From Candidatus Multivoradales bacterium (GTDB lineage Bacteria; Acidobacteriota; Thermoanaerobaculia; Multivoradales; JAHEKO01): DNA of 64,000 bases. Below the pieces are notes generated by a model. It made no database searches. It was given only the letters and a program-made list of their open reading frames with translations, and was not told the origin of the DNA. Location of the stretch: contig CBDCVR010000014.1 of NCBI GenBank assembly GCA_965223155.1, positions 640,001-704,000 on the forward strand, written 5' to 3'. Made by a program: the position numbers and the translations under genes. Below, piece after piece: positions 9,646-19,341 of the stretch (the stretch's first letter is position 1; each line of letters starts with the position of its first letter).

Positions 9646-12600
9646 CTACGGCTGGATGCGCACGCGCGCGCCCGAGGAATAGGCCGCGAACTCCGGGGCG
9701 TACATGGACTGAAGAGTCGCCGGCGCCGCCTGGAAGGTCCCGGCCATGGTCGCCCGGAGACGATGGCGCAACACATACTCGCCGGTCGGCAACGCCTCGA
9801 AAAAGAAGTTCATGCCGCTGTCGCGAACCTCCTCGTACCGGATCAACCCCAGATCGAACCGGTATCCGGAGCTCTGGCGAACCGGCTCGAATCCCGCGGG
9901 CCGGGGATCGCGCAGATGCACGTGCTCGGCGGCGTGGGCGCTCCTGAGGACGAGCTGCACCTCGACTTGATCGCCGACCTCGATGGCCGTCCCCTCGTCC
10001 AGCGGTTCGAGCTGCCAGCCGTCTCCGGAGGAAACCCGGCGGAAGTAGCGGCGCTCGACGCCGAAAAGATCGCCCCGTGCCGCCTCGGGCAACCGTTCGG
10101 TCGAGAAATGCCAGGTCGCCGACGCGAACGCAAGCCCGGCCGTCTCCTTCGCCACTCGCACCACCCCGTCCTGTGGGGGCCGGATCTCGGCACCCGCGAC
10201 CACGAGCTGGGCGCCACGTCCCGTGTATTCGTCCGGCTCGAAGACAAAGCGCTGCTGCCGGTCACCGACGGCGACGTCTACGACCTCGCGTCCGGCCAGC
10301 TCGCCGTCGGCTTCGAGGTGATGTACCAGCGCGTAGAGAACCTCGGCGGTGGCGCGGGTCGACTTCCAGTGGTTGAGCTTCTTGTTGAGCAAGAGCCACT
10401 GCACCAGGCCGTCTCGCCGCGAATCCTCGGGGTTCATCTCGGTCAACACCCTGAGCGCAAAGGCGTGGCCTTCGATGGTGTCGTTGTACCAGAGCCAGCT
10501 CTTGTCCTCGGCCGCCCAGTAGGTACCGAGGTCTTCGCTCGTGCGCGCCGAGTCCATGACGCTGTCGAAGACGAGCTCGGCGTCCTCAGTCCTACCGGCG
10601 CGCTCTAGAGTCAGGGCCAGCATCCCCTTGACCAGCGGCGCATGCTCGCGCCAGTGCCGCATCGAGAACTCCAGCATCGCCCCGCGGTCTGCTTCGCTGA
10701 GGGTCTCCCCGGTCCAGGAAGCGTCCGGGTAGCTCGACAGCACGTAGTTGAGGAAGGTCACGAGCTCCCAGCAGCAGTCGTCTTCGCTCATGCGGCGGGC
10801 GGTCTCGGACACGTGATGACGGTAGAGGTAGTCCCAGGCGCGCTCGATCATCGGCCGGGGCACCTCGACGCCGAACTCGAGAGCCCGGGAAAAGCCGCTC
10901 AGCAGATAGAGGGTCATGTACGGCGACGGCGGTCCGCCCGGAAACCACGGGAACCCGCCGCTCGCGGTCTGAGACGCCTCCAGCTTGGCCAGTGCGCTCC
11001 GGCGCTGGGCGCCCGCGATCTCGGGCACGAGGACGTTGATCAGATCCTCTTCCGGCGTGCCCCCGCGCGAGGTCACCAGCCACGGCGTCTCCTCGAGCGC
11101 CATGCGCCGGTTGGCGTCCTCGGTTCGCCAGGCCTCGAACCGCGTTTCGCGTTGGGCAAAGGACGCGGCCATGCGGCGCACCGCCGGGTAGCGGTCGTAG
11201 AGACTGGAGACGATGCCGGTCGAGAGAAAGCGGTTCAGAGTCTGCTCGGTGCACTCGTAGGGGTACGACACCAGATACGGCAGGGCCGACAGCACGCTGT
11301 AGAAGAGCTGGGTGTCTAGAGTCACGACCAGCCGGTCGTGGATGCGGGTGGGATCCTCGTCGAGGACCAGATCCTCGAAGGTCAACTCCCGGCTGGCGGC
11401 GTCGCGGAGTGACCCGAACCGCGACTGCACCAGGTGCATGCGCCCGGGAACCAGAGGCAGGATCCGCCGCTCGCCGTCCGAGAGATCCCCGGCCACGCCC
11501 ACCGTCTCCACCTCGATCGACCCCAGCCGCGCCGGCGCGCGGAGCGGGATCGACCGGCTCCAGCTCCCTCCCGGCGCCACGCGAAACGCCGACTCCCGAT
11601 CGGCCGGATCGAGGCCCAGCTCGGCGGCCAGATCGGCTCCGGTCTCCGGGTCGCGAAGCCGGAGGCCGAGGCTGCCCTCGAGCTCGGTCCCGCCCGCGTT
11701 CTGGACCACGACCCGAAGATCCACGCGATCGCCCTCGCGTAGGAAGCGCGGCAAGTACGGGCGCACCAGGAGCTCCTTGACGGTGCGACTCGACAGCTCG
11801 AGCCTGCCACTACGCAGATCCCGGGTCAGAGCGTGAGCCCACACGCTCCACTCCGTGACCGAGTCGGGCACCTCGAACGAGAAGCCGACCGAGCCGTCGG
11901 CTTCGAGCACGAGATGGGGCTCCCAGAAGGCAGTCTCCGAGAAGTCCGAGCGGATGCCGTCTCCGCCTTCCGCCGAGCCCTCCGGGACGTCGGCGTCTTT
12001 CCGAGCCCCACCCGCCTCAAGCCGAGCCTCAACGACCTCTCCGGCCGCCTCGGGCGACGCCGGCATGTCGGCGACCGCGCCCTCGGCGCTCGCCATCATC
12101 GGCGCGCTTGCCATGACCCGGCGACGCAGGAGGTTGCCGCCCGGGCCGCCGATGCCGTAGCCGCTGAGCTGGAGCAGGCGATCGCCGCGAAGCGCCGGAT
12201 ACGCCGGCAGCGCGCGCTCGCGCCCCGCGTGCCAAACAGGACCGTTCCGGCCCAGGGTGGTCCAGGCCGGAGCCGGCATTCGGAAGAAGGGCAGGAAGCG
12301 TTTCGGATCCGGGGGATTGTGGGCCGCGAAGAGATCCAGGCTGCGGTCGTACATATAGGCCAGGAGCTCGGCCGAGCCCGCCTCGAGCGCTCCCTCCGCG
12401 CCCCGCACCCGCACCGTCCAGCGCTCGCGCGCGCTCGGCCGTAGACGGTCCCGGAACGAGGCGAAGGAGACGTCGAGCTCCTTGTTCTCCCACGGAACCC
12501 GGAGGGCGCGATCCACGCTCAGGATCTGATGGTCCCGAACCAGCGACACCCGCAGACCCAGCCCGCCCCGATCGGCCCCGCTCACCGGAAACTCGAGCAC

Positions 12601-15600
12601 CTGGACTCCATCGGCCGAGGTCAGGAGCTGGCGCCGCAGACGCCGATCGCCCCGAAACCACTCGACCAACATTTCCTGGCCGGACAGACCGGAATGCACC
12701 AGGACACGGGCGGTGGAACCCACCGGCACGAGATTCCGCTCGGTCTCGACGACCAGCGGCAAGGCCGGGCCGGCGGCACCGGGGGCCGCCACAACAAAGT
12801 CCTGAAAGGTCTCGAAGGCGGCTCCGTAGGCGTCCTCGGTGCGGTAGCGCAGCCGGTAGGCGCCGGCGGCGAGACCGGCCAGCTCGATCTCGGCTTGGCC
12901 GTCCGCGTCGTGGACCAGCTCGCCGGAGGCCACCTCGCCGCCGTCGGGCCAGTCCCGCATGATGCGCTCGGAGCCCGTCCCGGTTTGCCAGCGCGGCCGC
13001 AGCGCGTCTCCCGGAGTTCGGTAGGCGGGCCGCTCTGTTTCCTCGAGGTCGTCTGGATCGGTTGCCGCCACCATCGGCGAGTTGGGGAACGGATCGGCCG
13101 GCAGATCGGCGGGCAGAGCAACATCCTCGGGCTGGTCCAGCGCCACCAGCCGCCAGGTTCCGGAGCCGGTCTTGCCGATCCCGTCGAGATCGGCGCGCAG
13201 CACCGAAACGGAAAAGCCGCTGCGCGCGCGGACAAAGTTGACGCTCCGCTCCAGGCGAGCCTCGACGGCGACGAATCCCAATCGATAGCTGCGGACGGCG
13301 CTTCGCGTCTCCCCGCCCGCGTCGGTCACGTCGGCCTCGATCCGGAATCTGTAGGTCACCCCGCGCTCGGCTTCCCGAGGGTCGGCCTCGGGCTGGAACT
13401 CGAACGAGAAGAAGCCGTCAGGACCCAGCTCGGCGCTGCCCGAGGCCACCGCCTCCGAGCCGCCGCCCCGGATCGGCCGGATCGGGTGGTACCAGCCCCA
13501 CCAGCGCGGGTAGACCGGCTCGCGGTAGACCCGCCACGCCGCCTCGGCTTCCACCACCGGCAGTCCAAAGTAGTACTGGGCGCTACCGCGCACCGAAGCC
13601 TTGCGGTTGAGCCTCAGCTCCGGATCGGCGTCTTCCAACTCGACGGTAAAGGTCGGCCTCTTGTACTCCTCGACCCGTACCGAGGCACCGCCGCCCACGG
13701 CCGCTCCCAAGCGCCACGAGCCCAGCAGCCGGCCCTCGGGAATCGAGAACTCGCCCGAGGCCGAACCGAAGGCGTTGGTCCGGATCGCCGCTTCGGCCAC
13801 GGTCTCGCCATTGGCGTCTCGAAGCGTCACCTTCGTACGCACGCCGGCCTGAGGCTGCATCAGCCGCTCGCCCTCGTCTTCACTCGCGCGGCCAGCGGCC
13901 TTCTCGAAGACCACCGCTTTCCAAAGCAGCTTCTGACCCGGCCGGTAGACGGCGCGGTCCGTGTAAAGCAAGGCGACCCGCTGCCGTCGGGAGGGCTGGG
14001 TCCGGCCGAAGCCGCGCCGGCGCGGATCGAAGCCCACCGAGTCTCCCGAGCGCGCGAGCAGGAAGTACGACTGCGAGGGATCTCCGGCGAACGAGACTCC
14101 GCCGTCACCCGCGGTGGCGCGGAACTCGACCCGCTCGTGCCCGCCGCTCCTGTAGTCGAAGCGATAGAGATCCACCTCGACGCCGGCCAGAGCGGCTCCG
14201 GTCCGGCCCGAACGGACCTCCACTTCCAGGAGATTCTCGAGGTGCTGGGTCACGAGCACCAGGTCGGTCAGGTTGAGATAGACCGCCTCGAGGTCATTGT
14301 TGCGCTGGCCGAAGGACGCCTCTCTCGAGGCCACGATCAAGTAGTAGCCCTCTCGATCGAGCGGCGGGGTGACGTAGGTGCGATGGTCCCTGAGATCGGG
14401 AGTGGCGGGGAGCTCGACCGACCAGGCTGCCGCCGGCTCGCGACCACGCAGGATGCGCTCGATCTCATCCGCCCGGGGCAGCAAGCTGAAATCGTTGCTG
14501 GTCTCGACGACGCGGGCCAGATCCAGCCGGAAAGCGCGAAAGTGGAGAGCCCCGACGTTCCGATGGACCACCTCGACCGAGCGCCGCTCGAGACCGTCGG
14601 AGATCATCGACGCTAGAGAAAAGGCCGGCCGTTCGAGGGCGGCGATGCGGTGCCGGGCCCGGCGGCCCCCCAAGCTCTCCGGGTGGGCCTCGAAAGCCTG
14701 GTGGGCCAGATCGCGAGCTCGGAGGCGCGCCCACGGATCGGACTCCGACTGCACCAGCTCGGCCAGGTAGTCCATACCCACCGACCACCAAGGCAGATCC
14801 TGGCCAAGGGTCTCCAGGCGCCGCTCGAGGTCCCGGCGCAGAAGAGCGCGGTCCTGGTCGGCCGAGAACGCCCCGTTGAGCAATCGCAGCCGGGCCAGCC
14901 GGGCCTCGAAGGCTGCTTCCTGCCGCTCCTGGGAGCGGTGCCAGCTTTCGAGATCAGCCAGGAGGGCGACCGACCTCTGGACCGGATGGCGGCTCGCGTC
15001 GTCCGGAATCTCTCCGGCGGCGTCGAGCGCGATGAGGTCTTCGACCCGCAGCCGGTAGAGCCGGTTCGATTCCGACGGCGTCCAGTGGGCGGAGTTGGCC
15101 AGGAGCTCCACCCAAAGGTAGGTCACGGCGTCACGCAGGGTGTCGCGAATTCCGGCCGGATAGTTGTTGGGCTGGAGGTACCGGTCGAGGGTAGCCAGCG
15201 ACTCGCTGCCCAAGGCCCGCCGCCCTGCCCAGGCGGCACCGAACGCGGCGTGGGCTCGATCCAGGATCTGCTCCGAGGTCCAGGCGTCAAGGTCCACGTC
15301 GGCGCTCGACGCGACCCGCTCTCGGGAGGAGATCTCCCAGGAGTAGGCCTCCAGGTACTCGGTCAGCGTCTTCGCCAAATACAGGTCGAGGACCAAGCGC
15401 GAGCGGACGCGGCCGGTCTCGGACGCTTCGGCCGGAGGCCGGCTGTCGAGTAGCAGGCGCACGGCCTTCTCGTAGCCATGGAGCGCGGTTTCGAGCTTGG
15501 CTCGTTCCACCGTCGCCCGGGTCCAGTTGGAAGGCGCGCTGGCGGCGGCCGCCTCGGACCGGATCGCATCGACGATCTCGACGGCGGCGCGGAGCTTCTG

Positions 15601-15825
15601 CTCGTCCACCAGACGTTCGACTTCGAGCCAGCGCTCGGCGTAGGCGTCATCGCTCACGGTCCAATCTTCTCCCGCCGCCGCCTCCAAGTCCCGACCGTCA
15701 CCCGCCGGAGCCGAGATCGCGGGCGAGCAGCCTGGGGCCGCAATCCCGATCGAAGCCACCAGGCCGAAGAGGAATACCCAGCAGGCAAGTCGCGTTAGGG
15801 GGATCGTACGGGGCAGTGTACGCAT
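9646..15825 (-). CDS. Bacterial alpha-2-macroglobulin family protein
   Basis: 2059 aa; YTDRAVYRPGQ, VEEYKRP, RSDFSETAFW, thioester motif YPYECTEQ and C-terminal SMYAPE. Confidence 0.92.
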   Translation of the reverse strand: MRTLPRTIPLTRLACWVFLFGLVASIGIAAPGCSPAISAPAGDGRDLEAAAGEDWTVSDDAYAERWLEVERLVDEQKLRAAVEIVDAIRSEAAAASAPSNWTRATVERAKLETALHGYEKAVRLLLDSRPPAEASETGRVRSRLVLDLYLAKTLTEYLEAYSWEISSRERVASSADVDLDAWTSEQILDRAHAAFGAAWAGRRALGSESLATLDRYLQPNNYPAGIRDTLRDAVTYLWVELLANSAHWTPSESNRLYRLRVEDLIALDAAGEIPDDASRHPVQRSVALLADLESWHRSQERQEAAFEARLARLRLLNGAFSADQDRALLRRDLERRLETLGQDLPWWSVGMDYLAELVQSESDPWARLRARDLAHQAFEAHPESLGGRRARHRIAALERPAFSLASMISDGLERRSVEVVHRNVGALHFRAFRLDLARVVETSNDFSLLPRADEIERILRGREPAAAWSVELPATPDLRDHRTYVTPPLDREGYYLIVASREASFGQRNNDLEAVYLNLTDLVLVTQHLENLLEVEVRSGRTGAALAGVEVDLYRFDYRSGGHERVEFRATAGDGGVSFAGDPSQSYFLLARSGDSVGFDPRRRGFGRTQPSRRQRVALLYTDRAVYRPGQKLLWKAVVFEKAAGRASEDEGERLMQPQAGVRTKVTLRDANGETVAEAAIRTNAFGSASGEFSIPEGRLLGSWRLGAAVGGGASVRVEEYKRPTFTVELEDADPELRLNRKASVRGSAQYYFGLPVVEAEAAWRVYREPVYPRWWGWYHPIRPIRGGGSEAVASGSAELGPDGFFSFEFQPEADPREAERGVTYRFRIEADVTDAGGETRSAVRSYRLGFVAVEARLERSVNFVRARSGFSVSVLRADLDGIGKTGSGTWRLVALDQPEDVALPADLPADPFPNSPMVAATDPDDLEETERPAYRTPGDALRPRWQTGTGSERIMRDWPDGGEVASGELVHDADGQAEIELAGLAAGAYRLRYRTEDAYGAAFETFQDFVVAAPGAAGPALPLVVETERNLVPVGSTARVLVHSGLSGQEMLVEWFRGDRRLRRQLLTSADGVQVLEFPVSGADRGGLGLRVSLVRDHQILSVDRALRVPWENKELDVSFASFRDRLRPSARERWTVRVRGAEGALEAGSAELLAYMYDRSLDLFAAHNPPDPKRFLPFFRMPAPAWTTLGRNGPVWHAGRERALPAYPALRGDRLLQLSGYGIGGPGGNLLRRRVMASAPMMASAEGAVADMPASPEAAGEVVEARLEAGGARKDADVPEGSAEGGDGIRSDFSETAFWEPHLVLEADGSVGFSFEVPDSVTEWSVWAHALTRDLRSGRLELSSRTVKELLVRPYLPRFLREGDRVDLRVVVQNAGGTELEGSLGLRLRDPETGADLAAELGLDPADRESAFRVAPGGSWSRSIPLRAPARLGSIEVETVGVAGDLSDGERRILPLVPGRMHLVQSRFGSLRDAASRELTFEDLVLDEDPTRIHDRLVVTLDTQLFYSVLSALPYLVSYPYECTEQTLNRFLSTGIVSSLYDRYPAVRRMAASFAQRETRFEAWRTEDANRRMALEETPWLVTSRGGTPEEDLINVLVPEIAGAQRRSALAKLEASQTASGGFPWFPGGPPSPYMTLYLLSGFSRALEFGVEVPRPMIERAWDYLYRHHVSETARRMSEDDCCWELVTFLNYVLSSYPDASWTGETLSEADRGAMLEFSMRHWREHAPLVKGMLALTLERAGRTEDAELVFDSVMDSARTSEDLGTYWAAEDKSWLWYNDTIEGHAFALRVLTEMNPEDSRRDGLVQWLLLNKKLNHWKSTRATAEVLYALVHHLEADGELAGREVVDVAVGDRQQRFVFEPDEYTGRGAQLVVAGAEIRPPQDGVVRVAKETAGLAFASATWHFSTERLPEAARGDLFGVERRYFRRVSSGDGWQLEPLDEGTAIEVGDQVEVQLVLRSAHAAEHVHLRDPRPAGFEPVRQSSGYRFDLGLIRYEEVRDSGMNFFFEALPTGEYVLRHRLRATMAGTFQAAPATLQSMYAPEFAAYSSGARVRIQP

Positions 15826-15967
15826 GGCATGAGTTTAGACCGTTGCCGGCCGCCGACCGTTCCTCGAACGGCAAACCGCACCGAGAACCGCCGCGTACAT
15901 GGAAACAAGACGACACCTGGGCCGCTACCCAACGGCCCATGGCAATTCAAACGATAGGAGACTCTTC

Positions 15968-16609
15968 ATGCCGAACGTTCAAGGAAACCGGCGCCCGGCG
16001 GGCGCGATTCGCTCCACCCTGACGGTCCTGGCCAGCCTCGCGGTCGTCGCCCTCGCTCCCGTTGCGGCCTCCGCAGAGGGTTGGAGCGTGGACGCCGCGC
16101 ACACCGAGGTCAACTTCTCGATCAATCATTTCTTCACGCCGGTCACCGGCAGCTTCTCCGACTTCGAGATCGATCTGGACTACCGGCCTGACGACATCTC
16201 GGCCAGCTCGGTCGAGGCGACGATCCAGGTCGCGAGCCTCGATACCGGCAACGAACGCCGCGACGGCCACGTCGCGTCGGCCGACTTCTTCAACGCCGAG
16301 GAACACCCGACCATCACCTTCAAGAGCACCTCGGTGGCCGAGACCGAAGACGGGATCGTGGCGCGCGGAGAGCTCACCATCAAGGGTCAGACCCAGGAGA
16401 CCGAGCTGGGGATCAAGATCCTGGGGGTCAAGGAGATCCCGGAAGAGATGCGAGAAATGTTCGGGGGCACCCAGGAGGTGGCGAGCTTCGCGGCTTCGAC
16501 CGCAATCGACCGGAACGACTTCGGCGTCGGCGTCGGCAACTGGGCCGCCACCCTGGTCATCGGCGGCGAGGTCTCAATCGAGATCCTGCTCGAAGCGCAC
16601 CGCAAGTAG
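15968..16609 (+). CDS. YceI family protein
   Basis: Signal peptide; VDAAHTEVNF, DTGNERRDGH, GELTIKG and IDRNDFGV motifs; GGAG RBS. Confidence 0.92.
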   Translation: MPNVQGNRRPAGAIRSTLTVLASLAVVALAPVAASAEGWSVDAAHTEVNFSINHFFTPVTGSFSDFEIDLDYRPDDISASSVEATIQVASLDTGNERRDGHVASADFFNAEEHPTITFKSTSVAETEDGIVARGELTIKGQTQETELGIKILGVKEIPEEMREMFGGTQEVASFAASTAIDRNDFGVGVGNWAATLVIGGEVSIEILLEAHRK

Positions 16610-16659
16610 TCGTCACCGCCGAGCCAGGCCGACGAGACCGAGCGCGGCCTGGGCTCCGG

Positions 16660-17082
16660 GACCGTCGAGAGGCACTGGGTTCCCCCCTCGGGGGGGTCCC
16701 TCCGGCGTCGCACAGCGACCTGGAGACTCCCCGCTACCGGGGGCCACCTCCATCAAGCCGCATCCAACGAACCCGTCGGACGTCCTCGACGGGAATTCCT
16801 TCCGATCGTGTGGTCTCCAGAGGGATCCAGGAGAGAGGAGACAGGTCATGCACGTACAGCGCCTCCGTTTTCGGCGAGGCTATACTGCGTGCCAAACGCG
16901 CCTTCGGCCACAGGATGTTCGTAGAAACCTACAACCTACTCTGTGACCCTGCGTTGCCTGTCACGCCGACGAACCGGTCAACTCCCTCCGACCCAAGTCT
17001 CGACGCCGGGACTCACAACGGCGGCTAGATGCCCGTCGGAAGCCGGTCGCTCTCAGGGCCCCGAGTAATCCTCTCAATCGTC
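16660..17082. ncRNA. Candidate large structured non-coding RNA, family unassigned (minus strand slightly favoured)
   Basis: At least ten nested complementary segments, including a terminal helix 16665-16672/17070-17077; lies between convergent genes. See findings. Confidence 0.55.
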
Positions 17083-17131
17083 CGGCGCGATCGACCGCGA
17101 CGAATTCGGCCTCGTCGCCCGCGTGCTTTGA

Positions 17132-18745
17132 CTACCAGGGCAGATTGCGAACGACGCGCTCTTCCCGGATCTTCCAGGTGCCGCCTTCCCAACCCAAGCG
17201 CAGCACCTTGCGTACCCGGTCCCGGTAGGTGACCGACTGGTACGACTGGGTGAAACGCACGATCCTCTCGTCGGGCCCGGTCTCGTCAACTTGCATCGCT
17301 ACGACGCTGACCCGAATGGCCCCGGCGGACTCGATCCGGGACCGGCGGCGCTCCTCCCAGCGGCGGCGGCCAACACCGCTCGTGGGAGCAAACTCGCCCG
17401 CGTAGAACGCCAGATAGTCGTCCACGCGCCGGTCCGACCAGGCTCGCGCCCAGGCGCTCACCGTGGCGCGCGGATCGACCGCATCGGGCGCGCTCGCCTC
17501 CCCCGGTAGCGCGACCGAGGAGGACGATCTCTCGCCGGCCACGGGCGCACTTGCCGAGGGTGCGATCGCTGATCCGGTTCTTGGCCCGGTCGCCGAGTCG
17601 GTTCGCGATTGCGTCCCCGACTCGGCGGGCACCGCCGGGCCTTGCTCGAGTCGCTCGACCTTCGGACGCACCCAAAAGAGCTGGAACACGAGGAGGGCGA
17701 AAGCGCCCAGGACCACGGCCAGAATCGTCAACTCGAAAACCCTGCGCCCGGCCAGCGGCGGCTCCTCCGGAGCGGCAACCGCAACCCGGGCCAGGGTATC
17801 GTCCGGCGCCCGCTCGGGCTCCGGCAGCGCCGACGGACGGTTCTCGAGGCCGAGCGACGCCGCCGTGGGCAACTCGGCCTGGACGCCGCCCGGGCGCGGC
17901 ACCGACACCTCCGGCTTGGGAGGGGCCGCGGCTTCAAGGTCTTCGAACTCCTGATCCGCCGGGTCTACCGGCTCGATTTCAGACTCTGGAGCGGCATCGT
18001 CTGTGCCGCTCTCGGAGATTCCGGAGTCCATTCCGCCCGCCGCGGCCGACTCTTCGACCCGCGATCTGAGCTTGCGGTCCACCAGGTCCCGCACGTGCGC
18101 CTCGAAATCGAGCGGAGCTTCGACCGGAGGTACTGGAGCGCCTGGAGCCGTCGGAGACATCGGAGGTATCGGAGGCAGGGCGACCTCGATCGGTCGAGCC
18201 CCGTCGGGCTCCGACCCCTCGGGCTCGGGTCTGTCCGACTCGGGTCTGGCCGACTCGAGTCTGGCCGACTCGCGAGGGGCCTCCCGGGGCTCGACGGAGT
18301 CGCTCTCGTGAACGTCTCGCTCCAGAGCGAACCGATCGGCCTCGGTCTTGTGGTTCTCGACGACGCGATCGATCAGGGCCTGGCTGTCGCCGAGAAGACG
18401 GTTGAAGCGGATGCCGACACCGGCGGGCTTGCCCGGACCGAGCGGCCGATCGCGGCGCCAGACGACCTCCCCCTCGCCTTCGACCAGGGTGAACCCGTCG
18501 GCCAGCGAAAGCACGAAATCCAGCGCCTCACCGACCGCCAGATCGCGATCGGACTCGAGGAACATGCCGCCGCGCGACAGGTTCGCCGCCACCTCGGTCA
18601 GAAAGTCCCGGAAGCTCGCGTACTTGACCCGGACCGGTTGGCGCAAAGGAACGCGCGCTTCGTCGCCACGCTGCCTCTGAACTCCACTCATCTCCGGCTT
18701 TTCTCGAGCGATCCGGCCGCCACTCTCCCCGCTCCGGCCGGCCAC
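17132..18745 (-). CDS. TIGR02266-type PilZ domain membrane protein with acidic linker and C-terminal NTF2-like domain
   Basis: N-terminal NLSRGGMFL...GEVVWRR...GVGIRF, one TM helix, and C-terminal WARAWSDRRVDDYLAFY...WKIREE. Start may be 18691. Confidence 0.75.
   Translation of the reverse strand: MAGRSGESGGRIAREKPEMSGVQRQRGDEARVPLRQPVRVKYASFRDFLTEVAANLSRGGMFLESDRDLAVGEALDFVLSLADGFTLVEGEGEVVWRRDRPLGPGKPAGVGIRFNRLLGDSQALIDRVVENHKTEADRFALERDVHESDSVEPREAPRESARLESARPESDRPEPEGSEPDGARPIEVALPPIPPMSPTAPGAPVPPVEAPLDFEAHVRDLVDRKLRSRVEESAAAGGMDSGISESGTDDAAPESEIEPVDPADQEFEDLEAAAPPKPEVSVPRPGGVQAELPTAASLGLENRPSALPEPERAPDDTLARVAVAAPEEPPLAGRRVFELTILAVVLGAFALLVFQLFWVRPKVERLEQGPAVPAESGTQSRTDSATGPRTGSAIAPSASAPVAGERSSSSVALPGEASAPDAVDPRATVSAWARAWSDRRVDDYLAFYAGEFAPTSGVGRRRWEERRRSRIESAGAIRVSVVAMQVDETGPDERIVRFTQSYQSVTYRDRVRKVLRLGWEGGTWKIREERVVRNLPW
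18224..18272. repeat. Imperfect 15-nt tandem repeat (about 3.3 copies) in the linker of the PilZ protein
   Basis: ctcgggtctgtccga ctcgggtctggccga ctcgagtctggccga ctcg, encoding ESARL/ESARP/ESDRP. Confidence 0.7.
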
Positions 18746-18845
18746 CGACCTGCCGCCGAACCCTCAATGTGTTTGTCAGATTTCAAGACTAGCATGCGCC
18801 TGCCACCGCGCCCGGTCCGCACCGGCGCCGCCACTTCGCCAGGCG

Positions 18846-18874
18846 TGGCAAGGATCGGAGGCTTGCCGTATAAT
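18846..18874 (+). promoter_or_regulatory. Sigma70-like promoter of the ferredoxin gene
   Basis: TGGCAA-N17-TATAAT. Confidence 0.6.
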
Positions 18875-18925
18875 CCCGCCCACACAGCCCACGGGGCTTC
18901 GACAACGCAAGAGGAGAGTGACGGA

Positions 18926-19267
18926 ATGGCCTACGTAATCACCGAAAAGTGCCTGGGCGAACGCTATGCGACCTGCGTCGAGGTCTGTCCTGTGGACTGC
19001 ATCCACCCCGGCGACTACGAACACGACGGCGACTACGGTAACGAGTTCATGGTCATCGACCCCGATGCCTGCATCGATTGCAGCCTGTGCAAGCCGGAGT
19101 GCCCGATCGACGCCATCGTCGAGACCGAGGACGAGGATCCGGAATGGGCCGAGATCAATCGCCGCTTGGCCATCGACGAGGGCTGGAACGAGAACGATCC
19201 GGTCGATCCGCGCGAGCGCTCCGACGAGCCCAAGCGTCCCGACGTCAACGAGATCGTCAACCCGTAA
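18926..19267 (+). CDS. Dicluster (7Fe-type) ferredoxin
   Basis: MAYVITEKC-x7-CVEVCPVDCI and CIDCSLCKPECP motifs; GAGGAG RBS. Confidence 0.92.
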   Translation: MAYVITEKCLGERYATCVEVCPVDCIHPGDYEHDGDYGNEFMVIDPDACIDCSLCKPECPIDAIVETEDEDPEWAEINRRLAIDEGWNENDPVDPRERSDEPKRPDVNEIVNP

Positions 19268-19291
19268 ACGCCTCGACAGGAATCAAGCACC

Positions 19292-19324
19292 AGGCCGGCG
19301 CGTGAAGCGCGCCGGCCTTTTTTG
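19292..19324 (+). terminator. Rho-independent terminator
   Basis: aggccggcgcg-tgaag-cgcgccggcct followed by a T-run. Confidence 0.85.
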
Positions 19325-19341
19325 TGCCCGGGCTAGCCAGG

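Noticed and set aside
9646-15825. Giant 2059-aa protein as a novel system
   Set aside because: It is a recognisable alpha-2-macroglobulin with an intact CTEQ thioester. Absence of an adjacent pbpC is not unusual enough to flag.
16848-16862. GCACGTAC resembling the 3' side of group II intron domain V
   Set aside because: There is no matching upstream AGC/CGC-triad strand, no domain VI, no RT ORF and no interrupted gene.
16660-17082. Identification of the structured segment as RNase P RNA, SRP RNA, tmRNA or 6S RNA
   Set aside because: Only partial look-alikes exist on the minus strand (GGAGTTGACCGG, CGGAAGGAA, GCGGCTTGA). GAGGAAAGTCC, the CAGG...AGCAG SRP loop and tRNA-like ends are missing, and it is too long and branched for 6S.
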